A DNA stretch of 64,000 bases from Paenibacillaceae bacterium (GCA_947460235.1 CANHGK010000013.1:8509-72508), one strand, 5' to 3'; counted from the first letter of the stretch, positions 51,349 to 62,151 are shown. Notes: generated by a model not told the origin, from the sequence alone. A program made the numbers and translations.

Positions 51349-53592
51349 TTAATTTGCCAAATATGTTTCTTTACCTTGGTCTTTCGTTGCTTGGTGATTT
51401 ACGGTTGCTTCCATAATATCAGTAAAATTAACACTTTGCGGATTCATGTCTTTCCATGTTTGACCACTGTATTCTTGAAGTGGCCCTCGTCCAAATAATC
51501 GGTTCATCAGTAACGCTAATTCTCGGCGAGTCACTGTCGTTTTTATCTGCGTATCCGGTTCACCTAACCAAGATACTTCGCGTTTTGCCGATTGAACATT
51601 AGCAGAAGTCACTAAAAATTTAGCAATTAATTTCGATAGGATAAAACGAACATCATTGCGTGATACCTTTTGATCCGGACCGAATTTACCTTTACTTACT
51701 GCACTCAAAAAGTTCGTACGCACCGCAATATCCGCATAACCAACTAACCAATTATTATTTTTCATATCCGTAAAGACAAGCGCTTTAGAAGTGTTTGGAG
51801 CTTTCACGCCACTAATCCGAACGACTGCAGCTGCTAATTCGCCGCGAGTTAGTGCACGTTCAGGCTTAAATGTTTTATCTGGATAACCATATAAATAAAG
51901 GGTATGTGCAATTTTGACGGGTATAGGTTTGATCAGTACAGGGTTGATTTGAATTTCAACAACTGCAGGATTAGATAATTTTTTGCCGTCATCTACCGCA
52001 AATTCAAATCGATCGGTTCCAATAAATCCTGGATTCGGTACGTACTTATAAAATCCATTTTCAAAAAGTTCAACGGTTCCATTCAACGGGGCTTTTGTAA
52101 GCACATATTTTAAAACCGATGCATTTTCTCGTGTCGTTGTTCCCGTTAGTTGCCCTTCAAGTGTTTTCCCTTGATCGATTGTCGATTGTTGGTTCTGTGC
52201 TTGAGGAAGCGCAGTAATAAATACTTTGATTTCAATTGGTTTCGAGGTTTCTTTTCCATCATTGACAACCACCGTAAACAAATCGGATCCAGTACTCCCT
52301 GCGTTTGGTACGTAACGTAAAGAACCTGTTTTTGAGTCCACAGCTATACTCCCTTTTTGCGGGAAGCTTTGAAGTAAGTATTGCAATTCATCATTCTCAA
52401 CATCGGTTGCCTGAATCATAGCATTTACTGGTACTCCAAGCTCAGAAAGCAATGTTAATGGTTGACCTTCTGGTGCATCATTTACCGGGTTTATTTTGAT
52501 CGTATACGTCGCAGGTAAGGAATATACAATTCCATCATTTGCAACAACTTGAAATGAATCAGCACCCGAATAATTTTTATCTGGTGCATACGAAAATGCT
52601 CCTGTTACTTCGTTCGGTTCCAATTTCCCATGCGCTGGCTGTTCAAGGATTTTGTATGTTAACGTATTGCCGTCTACATCTGTTCCTTTTAACACGTCAA
52701 CAACCGGACCAGCATCTTCATCAATCGTATAACTTTTCGGAGCAATTTCAGGTTTGTGATTTTGGATATATGTTTTTGTAAGATCTATACCAGCAGGTCT
52801 GAATGTATGATCAAAATACAATTTACTAATATAATGATTTGCATATGCGCCGCCCGTTGCAGAAGTGAATCCTAAATAGACAGGTCCTGTCGGGAACATT
52901 GTCGCCAAATTTAAATTCGATGCCTTAACATTCGCTTCAACAGGTCGAACCGCTGTTGTAGAAATGCGCACTTCCATTTTTTTTGTATCACCATTATATT
53001 CAATCCAAACATGCTTCGTTTTTCCGTCATCGAGGACAATGCCCTGTTTCTCTAATGCACCCGCTGATGTGACAACAAGCGGTTTGTTTAAGTCACCATT
53101 CACATCAACTGCAATATGGTTACCATCTGGATCCCCAAATGCACTCGGGTTTAGCCAGGAGTCGAATTCAACACCAATGCTATTCGTCAAATCCAAGTAA
53201 CCGATACCGCCTCCATCTTTACCAACCACATTTGTTTTTTGGGCCAACACAAACACGATACCATCTGCCCCGCCATTGCCTGCATTCGTAATTTTCATCG
53301 TAAAATACGCACTAAACGATTGATTAGACTCCAATTGCAATGGATTTTTATAAAATGTTGAACCTGAAACATAAGGTTGGCTCGTCGTTAATTGAATCGA
53401 CCCATCATTTGGTCCTCCATTTAACTGGGTCGCCTCACCATTCAATACCCAATTCGTATCCTTGAATGAATCATATTTCAATTCAATCGGCTCATCCGCT
53501 GCAAATGCACTAGCATGTATGATGGTCATACCTAAAAAAGCTGTCGTCAAAAATAACGTTCGTTTCCACCATTTTTTCATTAATTTTTTCAC
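51349..53592 (-). CDS. Cell-surface protein: L-type (legume) lectin domain, three Ig/cadherin-like repeats, SLH domains
   Basis: Signal peptide; GADGIVFV, GGGIGY, GVEFDS, NHIAVD, YLGFTSATGG; repeats with YAPDKNYSGADSF / YVPNPGFIGTDRF; GYPDKTFKPERALTRGE. Confidence 0.85.
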   Translation of the reverse strand: MKKLMKKWWKRTLFLTTAFLGMTIIHASAFAADEPIELKYDSFKDTNWVLNGEATQLNGGPNDGSIQLTTSQPYVSGSTFYKNPLQLESNQSFSAYFTMKITNAGNGGADGIVFVLAQKTNVVGKDGGGIGYLDLTNSIGVEFDSWLNPSAFGDPDGNHIAVDVNGDLNKPLVVTSAGALEKQGIVLDDGKTKHVWIEYNGDTKKMEVRISTTAVRPVEANVKASNLNLATMFPTGPVYLGFTSATGGAYANHYISKLYFDHTFRPAGIDLTKTYIQNHKPEIAPKSYTIDEDAGPVVDVLKGTDVDGNTLTYKILEQPAHGKLEPNEVTGAFSYAPDKNYSGADSFQVVANDGIVYSLPATYTIKINPVNDAPEGQPLTLLSELGVPVNAMIQATDVENDELQYLLQSFPQKGSIAVDSKTGSLRYVPNAGSTGSDLFTVVVNDGKETSKPIEIKVFITALPQAQNQQSTIDQGKTLEGQLTGTTTRENASVLKYVLTKAPLNGTVELFENGFYKYVPNPGFIGTDRFEFAVDDGKKLSNPAVVEIQINPVLIKPIPVKIAHTLYLYGYPDKTFKPERALTRGELAAAVVRISGVKAPNTSKALVFTDMKNNNWLVGYADIAVRTNFLSAVSKGKFGPDQKVSRNDVRFILSKLIAKFLVTSANVQSAKREVSWLGEPDTQIKTTVTRRELALLMNRLFGRGPLQEYSGQTWKDMNPQSVNFTDIMEATVNHQATKDQGKETYLAN

Positions 53593-53742
53593 GATAATAC
53601 CTCCCAACAATCAGTTCAAACGTTTGCAATGCTATGGTATCTAATATATCACTTGTAGTAACCAATAAACAAATCCATAAATCGCAAAAAAACGACACAT
53701 TGTGAAATTCTGTGACAAGAATTTCAAACATGTCGGTACCCA

Positions 53743-55410
53743 TCATCCTGAGTTCACAAGATCTAAATCATATAGTTTTAACGCAACTTCAAGCATCAGA
53801 ATATGTTCGCCTTGCTCTAAATCTACGCAGAGCACTTTCTGTACACGTTCCATCCGATACAATACCGTATTATAGTGCGTAAATAATTGCTCTGCCGTTC
53901 GCCGAACATTACGATTTTGAGCAAAAAACATTTTCATCGTTTGAATTAATTGACTATTACTTTGTTGATCCGCCTCAATGAGTGGGTGCACATAGGTTTT
54001 GAGTAGTCTTCTCCGCTCGGGACTGTCTGCCAATTGCATGAGAATCGGAAACATTCCTAGTCGATCATACGTCACGATTTCACCAGTAAAACGACTTACA
54101 GGATACAATCTTGAGACGCGAATTGCCTCTTGAAAACTAATTGGCAAATCAACAGCTGAGCTGACGACATTGCCAAAACAAACGGCTTTTGCCATGGGTG
54201 CGATCGCTTCCTTTAACCAAGAGAGCAAATACTTCCCCCATTTTTCACGATTGATTTGCTCATCTTCCGAATATGCCATAACGATCGTTAATTCACCGTC
54301 CATCTGTACCATCCATAATGTCGAAGGTTCATATGGTTTTAATTTTCGCTGCTCAATGGATAGAAAATATGATATTTTTTCATGCATATCATCTAGGTTA
54401 ACAATCGCCACTACATACTTCGCAGCTTCTGGCAATGGACATCCGCATGCATCCGCCCGAAATCTTAAATCATTCATTGACGGAATGCGGCCCCAAAGCC
54501 AATCTTGAACAAAGGGATCACGATATTTCGTTTCAATTGCATATAGCGCATCCGAATTCATCATTTCAAGTGCAATTATCGATTTCACACGATCGATTGT
54601 TAACAAATCAACCGGTAAAAACGGCCCATTCCACTCAACCGCAATGAGCGCTGCTTGTTTGCGATTCGACAATTGAATAAAGATCGAATGGATCCGTACT
54701 TGTCGTCCGCCAATCCAAACGGTACGTAGCGGGTAGCCATTGACAAGATCCACTTCCCCGCGGCGAATCGCCGGGCGCACCCCATTTAACCAATCGCCAC
54801 TTGAACTCGCGAGTGCCTCCATAAACGATTCAGTACCTTGCGAGACACCACGCCAACGCCAACGTTCCGCATCTTCAATCCATATCAGCGGATTTCCAAG
54901 TACGGTTTCGAGCGTAACAAGCAGTTTCTCTATTCCTCCGCCTTCAAGCAATCCATTCGTAATCAATTGAAGACGTTCTTGTAATTTGGACAATTGCTCC
55001 ACTTCTTGGTGCATCAAATGTTCCATGACATCACGCGTAATTTCGGAAAATACCGTATCCGTCGGTAACTCAAAAATCGGAAATTGAAGTCGATTCGCAA
55101 GGGCAATCGCTGCTTCAGGAATTTCTTGAATAAACCGCTTTGTTTTGATCGCTAACGCCGCAACACCCCGTTTGTGCAATTCAGGGATTAAATGCATAAG
55201 CGTCATCGGTTGATCGCGAAACGGATATCCAGTGGTCAGTAACAACTCACCTGGTCTCACCCATTCTGCGACATCTGGAACTTCCATCACGTTCACGTGA
55301 TTGATAATTCGGTTCAACCCCGCGTTCCCAGCAATACATTTTGCATTCTGAAAAGGTGATAAAGATAGCACTTCAGAACAGGTCATTTCTTTTTCATTCC
55401 ATCCCATCAC
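53743..55410 (-). CDS. PucR-family transcriptional regulator
   Basis: N-terminal PucR domain (VNVMEVPDV..WVRPGELLLTTG); C-terminal HTH (TAEQLFTHYNTVLYRMER). Confidence 0.92.
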   Translation of the reverse strand: MMGWNEKEMTCSEVLSLSPFQNAKCIAGNAGLNRIINHVNVMEVPDVAEWVRPGELLLTTGYPFRDQPMTLMHLIPELHKRGVAALAIKTKRFIQEIPEAAIALANRLQFPIFELPTDTVFSEITRDVMEHLMHQEVEQLSKLQERLQLITNGLLEGGGIEKLLVTLETVLGNPLIWIEDAERWRWRGVSQGTESFMEALASSSGDWLNGVRPAIRRGEVDLVNGYPLRTVWIGGRQVRIHSIFIQLSNRKQAALIAVEWNGPFLPVDLLTIDRVKSIIALEMMNSDALYAIETKYRDPFVQDWLWGRIPSMNDLRFRADACGCPLPEAAKYVVAIVNLDDMHEKISYFLSIEQRKLKPYEPSTLWMVQMDGELTIVMAYSEDEQINREKWGKYLLSWLKEAIAPMAKAVCFGNVVSSAVDLPISFQEAIRVSRLYPVSRFTGEIVTYDRLGMFPILMQLADSPERRRLLKTYVHPLIEADQQSNSQLIQTMKMFFAQNRNVRRTAEQLFTHYNTVLYRMERVQKVLCVDLEQGEHILMLEVALKLYDLDLVNSG

Positions 55411-55430
55411 CGCTCACCTCAATTCACAAC

Positions 55431-56096
55431 TTATTGAATCGCTTGAATAATCTTGTCGCAATTCGTTGTCCAACCAAAAATCCCACCTTGCTGGTGAATC
55501 ATCTGAATCGCCGCTTCATGGTCCGCAATATCATATGCCGCTGTTGCATCCTCAACGACCAAACATTCATAACCTCGATCATTCGCTTCTCGTACTGTTG
55601 TATGCACGCATACATGGGTTGTCACGCCAGTAACGATCAGCGATGTAATTCCATTCCTTTGTAAAATAGCCTCAAGATCCGTTCGATAAAATGCACCCTT
55701 ACCTGGTTTATCTATGATCCATTCGTCTTCGATGGGATACAGTTCTTCGACGATATCATGTCCAAATTCACCACGCACGAGGATTCGCCCCATCGGACCA
55801 ACATCACCAATGCCTGCTCCTTTTGCTTTACTTCTAGCCAACTTACTTGGAGGACAATCAGACAAATCTGGTAGATGTCCTTCCCGCGTATGAATAATCA
55901 TCCCACCATGTTTACGAAACAAGTTCAATAATGCGGCAATAGCCGGGATGATCCGGCGAGTTGGAGTAATATCATTCCCCAATCGTTCACCGAATCCACC
56001 CGGCGCGCAAAAATCACGCTGCATATCAATGATCACCAATGCCGTATTTTTAATATCACAAGTAAAGTCGTATGGTAACGCTTTAATTACCGTCAT
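55431..56096 (-). CDS. Isochorismatase-family cysteine hydrolase, triuret hydrolase (TrtA)-like variant
   Basis: IDMQRDF..GGFGERLGND, HTREGH, DKPGKGAFY, TTHVC, AAYD, QGGIFGW; D-K-C triad intact. Confidence 0.75.
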   Translation of the reverse strand: MTVIKALPYDFTCDIKNTALVIIDMQRDFCAPGGFGERLGNDITPTRRIIPAIAALLNLFRKHGGMIIHTREGHLPDLSDCPPSKLARSKAKGAGIGDVGPMGRILVRGEFGHDIVEELYPIEDEWIIDKPGKGAFYRTDLEAILQRNGITSLIVTGVTTHVCVHTTVREANDRGYECLVVEDATAAYDIADHEAAIQMIHQQGGIFGWTTNCDKIIQAIQ

Positions 56097-56098
56097 AA

Positions 56099-56554
56099 TC
56101 AATATCCTTCAATCGGCACTTCGAGCGGGATATCCACGCGTGTCGTTTTGAAAAACTCATTACTAACCTTGCCTTCCACCGTTGGCACGAAAATGCTCAA
56201 TTGCTCCGTCGGTTCGGCGTCATCATTACGTACCGAGTGAATCACACCTGCGGGAACGAGAAATGTGTCTCCCGCTTGAAAACTATGCCATTCCCCATTC
56301 AAATACAAACGTACTTTGCCCTTTGTAATATGGATGATTTCTGCAACATTATGATAATGTGGCAACACCGCTCCGCCCACATCGATTTTTTCCCATAAAA
56401 TAGAACTCATCAAAATATTCATTCCATCTGCTTCTTGCGCACTGGTCACTTCGCGATGATGCAAACCCGGATGATCTTCGAATTTGCCCCATGGCATCGT
56501 TGCACCTATTTTTACTTGTGTCATTCCTGCCGTTGAAGGCGCAGTATGTTGCAT
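56099..56554 (-). CDS. Cupin domain protein
   Basis: PHYHNVAE...GD...VPAGVIH metal-binding cupin motifs. Confidence 0.88.
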   Translation of the reverse strand: MQHTAPSTAGMTQVKIGATMPWGKFEDHPGLHHREVTSAQEADGMNILMSSILWEKIDVGGAVLPHYHNVAEIIHITKGKVRLYLNGEWHSFQAGDTFLVPAGVIHSVRNDDAEPTEQLSIFVPTVEGKVSNEFFKTTRVDIPLEVPIEGY

Positions 56555-56556
56555 GA

Positions 56557-57264
56557 TTATTTTCCTCCTGTCGTCAGTGGAATGAGGGAATTCAGCACCT
56601 TTATTACTTCTACTGATGAAGAAACGGCACCGAACACACCGCCTTGCATCGTCACCATTTTGAGCGCAGCCAAATGATTACCTTCATCGGTTGCCCCCGT
56701 ACAATCTTCCAAGATCAAACATTCAAACCCTCTGTCGTTCGCCTCTCGCATTGTCGTATGCACGCATACATCGGTTGTTATCCCAGTCAAAATTAAATGC
56801 GAAATTCCTTTATTCCGAAGTACGAGTTCTAGGTCGGTTGCGTAAAAACTACCTTTGCCCGGTTTATCAATAATCATTTCTCCAGGAAGTGGATACAGTT
56901 CAGGGATGATGTCCCAGCCTTTTTCGCCGCGAACTAATATTCTACCGCACGGTCCAGCACTTCCAATACCTGCACCAATTTGTTCGCTGCGCCAGCGTTT
57001 ATTTGGCGGCAAATCGGATAAATCGGGTTTATGTCCTTCTCGCGTATGAATAATCGTCAATTTTGGAATTTGTCTTGCTGCTTCAAGTAGTTTACTGATT
57101 GGCTCTATCGCTCTTGCCGTAAGGCTAATGTCATAGCCCATTTGATCGACATAGCCACCTTTTCCGCAAAAGTCCATTTGCATATCAATGACGATGAGTG
57201 CAGTTTTGGACGGTTCGAATGCCCCGTCATACGGCCAAACATAAGGTGTTGCGTTCACTTGCAT
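56557..57264 (-). CDS. biuH: Biuret amidohydrolase
   Basis: [63 protein letters not shown]; near-identical to Rhizobium BiuH motifs as recalled. Confidence 0.88.
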   Translation of the reverse strand: MQVNATPYVWPYDGAFEPSKTALIVIDMQMDFCGKGGYVDQMGYDISLTARAIEPISKLLEAARQIPKLTIIHTREGHKPDLSDLPPNKRWRSEQIGAGIGSAGPCGRILVRGEKGWDIIPELYPLPGEMIIDKPGKGSFYATDLELVLRNKGISHLILTGITTDVCVHTTMREANDRGFECLILEDCTGATDEGNHLAALKMVTMQGGVFGAVSSSVEVIKVLNSLIPLTTGGK

Positions 57265-57346
57265 CGAAAGAACGCTCCTTTCTTAAGCGAAAGCCAGTGC
57301 CTATTGCTAAGCACCGGCCAGCTTCACGTTTCAATGTGTCAAAACA

Positions 57347-58507
57347 TCACTTCGGAATGCTTCCGATTACGTTCTCTGCTAGGTAATCCATTTTCTCGAG
57401 TTCCTCGACTGGAGGTTGTTTGCCTGCTTCAATTTTGACCGCACCACTTTGATCCTTCAAGCCTGCATCGAACGGTTTGAATTCACCTTTTACGATTTTA
57501 TCGTGCAAATCAGTGACGAGCGTTTGAACATCTTCAGGTACGGAACTGCCGAATGGTGCCAACTCAACTACACCAGTGTCAATGCCTGCACGGAAGCGTG
57601 CATCAAATTTACTACCTTTGAATTTTCCATCAGCAACAGTTTTCACCATTTCGGAATACAATTTCGTCCAGTTCCAAATAGAACCTGTCAACCAACCTTT
57701 TGGCGCCAATTCATGCGCATCTGCATGGTAACCAACGGACATTGCGCCGCGTTTTTCAGCAGTTTCAATAATTGTTTTCGTGCAATCTTGGTGCTGTGCA
57801 AGTACGTCAACACCGGAATCGATCAATGTGTTCGCTGCGTTTGCTTGTAATGAAGGGTCACACCAGCTGCCTGCGAATACTGCCGTAACTGTCGCATTTG
57901 GATTCACAGATTTTGCACCTGCAGCAAATGCATTAATGTTCAACAATACTTGCGGAATCGGGAAAGCGACAACGAATCCAAGTTTATTCGTTTTCGTCAT
58001 TTTACCTGCGGTAACACCAGTCAAATATACTGTTTCCCAGATATTTCCGAAATATGTCCCTAAGTTTTCAGCCGTTTTCAAACCACCTTGATGTAAGAAC
58101 ACAACGTCTGGATGACGCTTTGCAACTTCTAACGCTGGGTCAAGATGACCGTAAGATGTAGGGAAAATAATTTTTGCGCCATTACGAATCATCTCTTCCA
58201 TCACGCGCTCAGCTTCCGCAGTTTCTGGGACGTTTTCTTTGCGTAATACTTTCAAATCTGGAAAATCTTTTTCAACGGCTTCAGAGCCAATGTATGCTGC
58301 TTGGTTATACCCATGGTCGTCTTTCGCTCCCACAAAGAGGAATCCAACTGCTGAACCGCCAGTACCAGGTGCTGTTGATGCTGCCGTTGCTTCAGGTTTT
58401 GCTGCATCCTCTGTTTTTGTTGCGCCGCTCGAACAAGCGCTGACTACCACCATTACCGCGATCATTAATGATGCAACTAACGTACGTTTGAACTTGAATG
58501 TGTTCAT
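57347..58507 (-). CDS. BMP-family ABC substrate-binding lipoprotein
   Basis: Lipobox VSAC; DHGYNQA, TSYGH, INAFAAGA, DVLAQHQD, W.W motif. Confidence 0.9.
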   Translation of the reverse strand: MNTFKFKRTLVASLMIAVMVVVSACSSGATKTEDAAKPEATAASTAPGTGGSAVGFLFVGAKDDHGYNQAAYIGSEAVEKDFPDLKVLRKENVPETAEAERVMEEMIRNGAKIIFPTSYGHLDPALEVAKRHPDVVFLHQGGLKTAENLGTYFGNIWETVYLTGVTAGKMTKTNKLGFVVAFPIPQVLLNINAFAAGAKSVNPNATVTAVFAGSWCDPSLQANAANTLIDSGVDVLAQHQDCTKTIIETAEKRGAMSVGYHADAHELAPKGWLTGSIWNWTKLYSEMVKTVADGKFKGSKFDARFRAGIDTGVVELAPFGSSVPEDVQTLVTDLHDKIVKGEFKPFDAGLKDQSGAVKIEAGKQPPVEELEKMDYLAENVIGSIPK

Positions 58508-58559
58508 GTGTTCCACTCCTCTTTTTTTGTTTGCAAACCTAAGCGACAACGACCGTCTT

Positions 58560-59483
58560 TCACGTTTGTACCGCCCCCCTCCGCTCTGCAACACGTCGCA
58601 AAGCCTCAGGCATCGCACCGATTCCTTGCTTGCGTCGTTCGACCAAAAATAAGACGAACAACGTTAGCAAATACGGAGTCATTAATAAAATGAAGGGAGA
58701 AACGGCATAGCCGCGAGCCTGTAAAATTAGTTGTAGCGCCTGTGCGCCGCCAAACAAGTACGCTCCGAGCATCGCCCGAACCGGCTTCCATGAAGCAAAA
58801 ATCACGAGTGCAACTGCGATGATCCCGCGTCCAGCGGTCATATTCTCGACCCATGCCATCGTAAACGCCATCGATAATTGAGCGCCGCCGAGACCAGCTA
58901 ACATGCCTCCTGCGGTAACACCCAAATAACGGATCAACCGTGGTGAATGTCCCATCGCATAGACGACCTCTTCACGTTCACCGACCGCTCTGAGCAGTAT
59001 CCCCCATCTCGTTTTGAACAAAAATACCCCAACGAGCGGACCAATCACATATGCTGCGTATGTTAAAACATCATGATTAAATAAAATCGGACCAAGAAAT
59101 GGAATGTCTGATAAATAAGGAATCGGAATGACCTGCAGTCCTTGAATTTGTTTGGTCACATAGTCTTGTCCGAAATATGCTGTAATCCCGAGTCCAAAAA
59201 ACATCACTGCCAGTCCGGATGCAAGTTGATTCGCACCCATCGTCACAACGAGAAATGCATGGATAAGTCCTGCGAGTCCTCCAGCAAGTAACGCTGCCAA
59301 AATCCCAAGTGCTGCGCTTCCGGTATCTGCTGTTACCGCAAATCCAGCAAATGCCCCCATAATCATCGATCCTTCAACACCAAGATTGATGACACCTGAT
59401 CGCTCACCAACCAATTCGCCAATTGAACCATACAATACAGAAGTTCCTGCTCTAACTGCACCCGTTAATAATGCCTCAATCAT
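58560..59483 (-). CDS. ABC permease (nucleoside/purine BMP type)
   Basis: ERSGVINLGVEG, LRAVGE, GRGIIAVALVIF, PYLLT. Confidence 0.92.
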   Translation of the reverse strand: MIEALLTGAVRAGTSVLYGSIGELVGERSGVINLGVEGSMIMGAFAGFAVTADTGSAALGILAALLAGGLAGLIHAFLVVTMGANQLASGLAVMFFGLGITAYFGQDYVTKQIQGLQVIPIPYLSDIPFLGPILFNHDVLTYAAYVIGPLVGVFLFKTRWGILLRAVGEREEVVYAMGHSPRLIRYLGVTAGGMLAGLGGAQLSMAFTMAWVENMTAGRGIIAVALVIFASWKPVRAMLGAYLFGGAQALQLILQARGYAVSPFILLMTPYLLTLFVLFLVERRKQGIGAMPEALRRVAERRGAVQT

Positions 59484-60532
59484 TTGGTCGCCCTCCTTTC
59501 AGCAGCTAACACCGCAAACAAGATCAGCGCCATAAACACATTTACAATCGATGAAGGTAAACCCGAAATCATCTCCAGTGTATTGCCTGAAACACTGATC
59601 GCCGCCAGTAAAAACGAACTAAAAATTAACAAGATCGGCCGATTCCATGCGGTCCATGCCGCCAAAAATCCGAAGTACCCATATCCAATCCCAGTCATCG
59701 GTCTTAAATGGCCTTCAATTCCAGAAATTTCGATCATCCCGGCAATTCCAGCCATCGCTCCGCCGAACAACAACATCCAAAACTGAATGCTTTTCACATT
59801 CAAACCAGTCTGCATCGCTGCTGTTGGATTTCCGCCAACGACCTTCGTGATAAAACCTAATCGTGTAAATTTGAACAACAACCAGATGATAAAAGTAATG
59901 GCGATCGCAATAAAAATCCCAATATGCAGCCTGCTATCTCCAATCATCGGTAATCTCAAGTTATCGATCAACCGCGGTGAAAACGGCCAGTTACCGGAAT
60001 TCGGATCTTTGAATGCTCCGAATACAAAATACGCAAGTGTATAACTAGCTATATAATTCAATAAAAGGGTTGTAATCGTTTCATTCATCGATGCAAATCG
60101 TTTCATCGCTGCCGCGAACATCGCCCATAGTGCTCCACCGATTGCTCCAGCAATGACCATCAGCGGAATGCCGAGCCATGCAGGCATCTCATTGAACAAA
60201 TACACGCCAGATGCCGTTGACACCAGTGCGCCGATCGTAAGTTGACCTTCTCCTCCAACATTCACAAGTCCTACCCTTGCAGGTATCGCAACCGCAAGAC
60301 CTGTCAGAAGGAACGGTGTCATCTTGATCAACACTTCGCCAAATCCGTACCAATCACCAAAGATCGAATCAAGCATCGATTGATAGACCTCAATCGGATC
60401 GGCTTTTTGTGACATTAAAAACAAAGTGTACAAAATGAGCGGAGTGAGCACGACCCATAAACCAGTTTGGATATGATAGCCAAGCTTTCCAAAGGTAAAT
60501 CGTTTGCGAATCGTATTTACGAGTGTGGTCAT
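59480..60532 (-). CDS. ABC permease (nucleoside/purine BMP type)
   Basis: NVGGEGQ, NETITTLLLNY, GGAMAGIAG..E. Confidence 0.92.
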   Translation of the reverse strand: MTTLVNTIRKRFTFGKLGYHIQTGLWVVLTPLILYTLFLMSQKADPIEVYQSMLDSIFGDWYGFGEVLIKMTPFLLTGLAVAIPARVGLVNVGGEGQLTIGALVSTASGVYLFNEMPAWLGIPLMVIAGAIGGALWAMFAAAMKRFASMNETITTLLLNYIASYTLAYFVFGAFKDPNSGNWPFSPRLIDNLRLPMIGDSRLHIGIFIAIAITFIIWLLFKFTRLGFITKVVGGNPTAAMQTGLNVKSIQFWMLLFGGAMAGIAGMIEISGIEGHLRPMTGIGYGYFGFLAAWTAWNRPILLIFSSFLLAAISVSGNTLEMISGLPSSIVNVFMALILFAVLAAERRATK

Positions 60533-62055
60533 GATGCTTCACCACCTTTTAGCATCAGTTGACCGAGTTCCTGTGCATTCACTACTCTTGGATCATAAGG
60601 ACCAAGCACCTTCTGGTGACTAAGCACGTACATGCGATCCGACAATTCATACAGTTCCGTTAAATTTTCTGTGATCAGTAAAATTGATGTGCCTTGATTT
60701 CGAAGTTCAAGTAGTAAATTTTGTGTTTCTCTCGTCGTGACGACATCAAGTCCTCGCGTCGGATACGAAACGATGAGTAATTTCGGCTTGCGTGACATCG
60801 CCCGCGCTAACACCATACGCTGTATATTTCCACCTGATAGTTGATCCGCCCGGCGCTTCGGATCGGCAACGGATAATCTGCGATATTCAGGAAGCGCACG
60901 TACGCTTCGCTCGGCCGCTTGCCAATTGATGCCGAGTTTCGTATAGGGAACAGCAATTCCGGTTAGGACCATATGTTCCAAAATCGTTAACCCACTAATA
61001 ATCGATTCTTGAACTGGATCTTCCGGAATATACGAATACCCTTTTTCAATCCAAGCTTTTACCGCTTTTCCCGTCATATCTGCTCCATCAATGAACACTT
61101 TGCCTTGTTTTGGTACGCGAAGCCCATATGCACTTTCCGCAAGTTCCAATTGTCCGTTTCCGGAAATACCAGCCACACCCACAATTTCACCGGGATGAAT
61201 TTCAAAATTGATATGACTTAATATTGGTTTGCCATGATCATTTAACAACGTCACATCCGCAAGTTGGAACACCGGTAACTCTTGATTCGTTTTCACTTCA
61301 TGAGCAAGTGGTTCCGGCATCTTCTGATTGCCAATCATTTCACGAATCAATACGTCTTCCCGGAAAGGAGCTCGCTCATCTCGCGCTGCTTGGAACGTTA
61401 CTTTCCCTTGCCTTAGCACCGTTACACGATCCGCACATGCCGTCACTTCAGAAATTTTATGCGTAATCAAAACGACTGCGAATCCATCATCTCTAAGCTT
61501 TCGAAGCATCGAGAGAAAACCTTCCACTTCAATCGGTGTAAGTACACTCGTTGGTTCGTCAAATATTATTAATTTGGGATGTCCACCAAGTAGCGCCTTA
61601 CAAATCTCTACACGCTGCTGTTGCCCCAAATCAAGTTCCCACACATACGAAGCTGTATTTACCGCAATTCCATATCGTTCTTGTAGTTCCGACATTTTCG
61701 TTCGGATGTTTTCCCGGCGAATGCGCGGGCCCATTCCATCCATACCGAGCGCTACATTTTCTAATACCGTCAGCGCTGGGATCAACCGAAAATCTTGAAA
61801 CACCATTCCAACCCCATGTGCACGTGCCTGTGCAGGTGGATGTAACTGAACATTTGTTCCTTCCCATTTCAATACTCCCTCATCGGGAACATAAACTCCG
61901 TATAACACCTTCATTAAGGTACTTTTGCCTGCACCATTCTCACCTAAGATCGCGTGAATCTCACCGGCATAAAACGATACGTTCACATGATCAAGTGCGA
62001 TAAAACTTCCAAACTGTTTGGTTATCCCTGAACACTGCAACAACGGTACGGTCAT
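60529..62055 (-). CDS. ABC ATP-binding protein (two-domain, CUT2/nucleoside type)
   Basis: GENGAGKST, FDEPT, ITHK, GISGNGQ, LSGGNIQR, PTRGLD. Confidence 0.94.
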   Translation of the reverse strand: MTVPLLQCSGITKQFGSFIALDHVNVSFYAGEIHAILGENGAGKSTLMKVLYGVYVPDEGVLKWEGTNVQLHPPAQARAHGVGMVFQDFRLIPALTVLENVALGMDGMGPRIRRENIRTKMSELQERYGIAVNTASYVWELDLGQQQRVEICKALLGGHPKLIIFDEPTSVLTPIEVEGFLSMLRKLRDDGFAVVLITHKISEVTACADRVTVLRQGKVTFQAARDERAPFREDVLIREMIGNQKMPEPLAHEVKTNQELPVFQLADVTLLNDHGKPILSHINFEIHPGEIVGVAGISGNGQLELAESAYGLRVPKQGKVFIDGADMTGKAVKAWIEKGYSYIPEDPVQESIISGLTILEHMVLTGIAVPYTKLGINWQAAERSVRALPEYRRLSVADPKRRADQLSGGNIQRMVLARAMSRKPKLLIVSYPTRGLDVVTTRETQNLLLELRNQGTSILLITENLTELYELSDRMYVLSHQKVLGPYDPRVVNAQELGQLMLKGGEAS

Positions 62056-62076
62056 CGGGCTCACCACCTTATGTTA

Positions 62077-62093
62077 TGTTATGTTATTTAACA
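62077..62093. promoter_or_regulatory. TnrA/GlnR box
   Basis: TGTTA-N7-TAACA, exact match to TGTNA-N7-TNACA. Confidence 0.7.
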
Positions 62094-62121
62094 TTTTTAG
62101 CTTCGTGTAACTTATATTTAG

Positions 62122-62151
62122 ATTATATGTTAACTAATTGCACATTGTCAC
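62122..62151 (-). promoter_or_regulatory. SigA promoter of the ABC-biuH operon
   Basis: GTGACA-N18-TATAAT. Confidence 0.55.
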
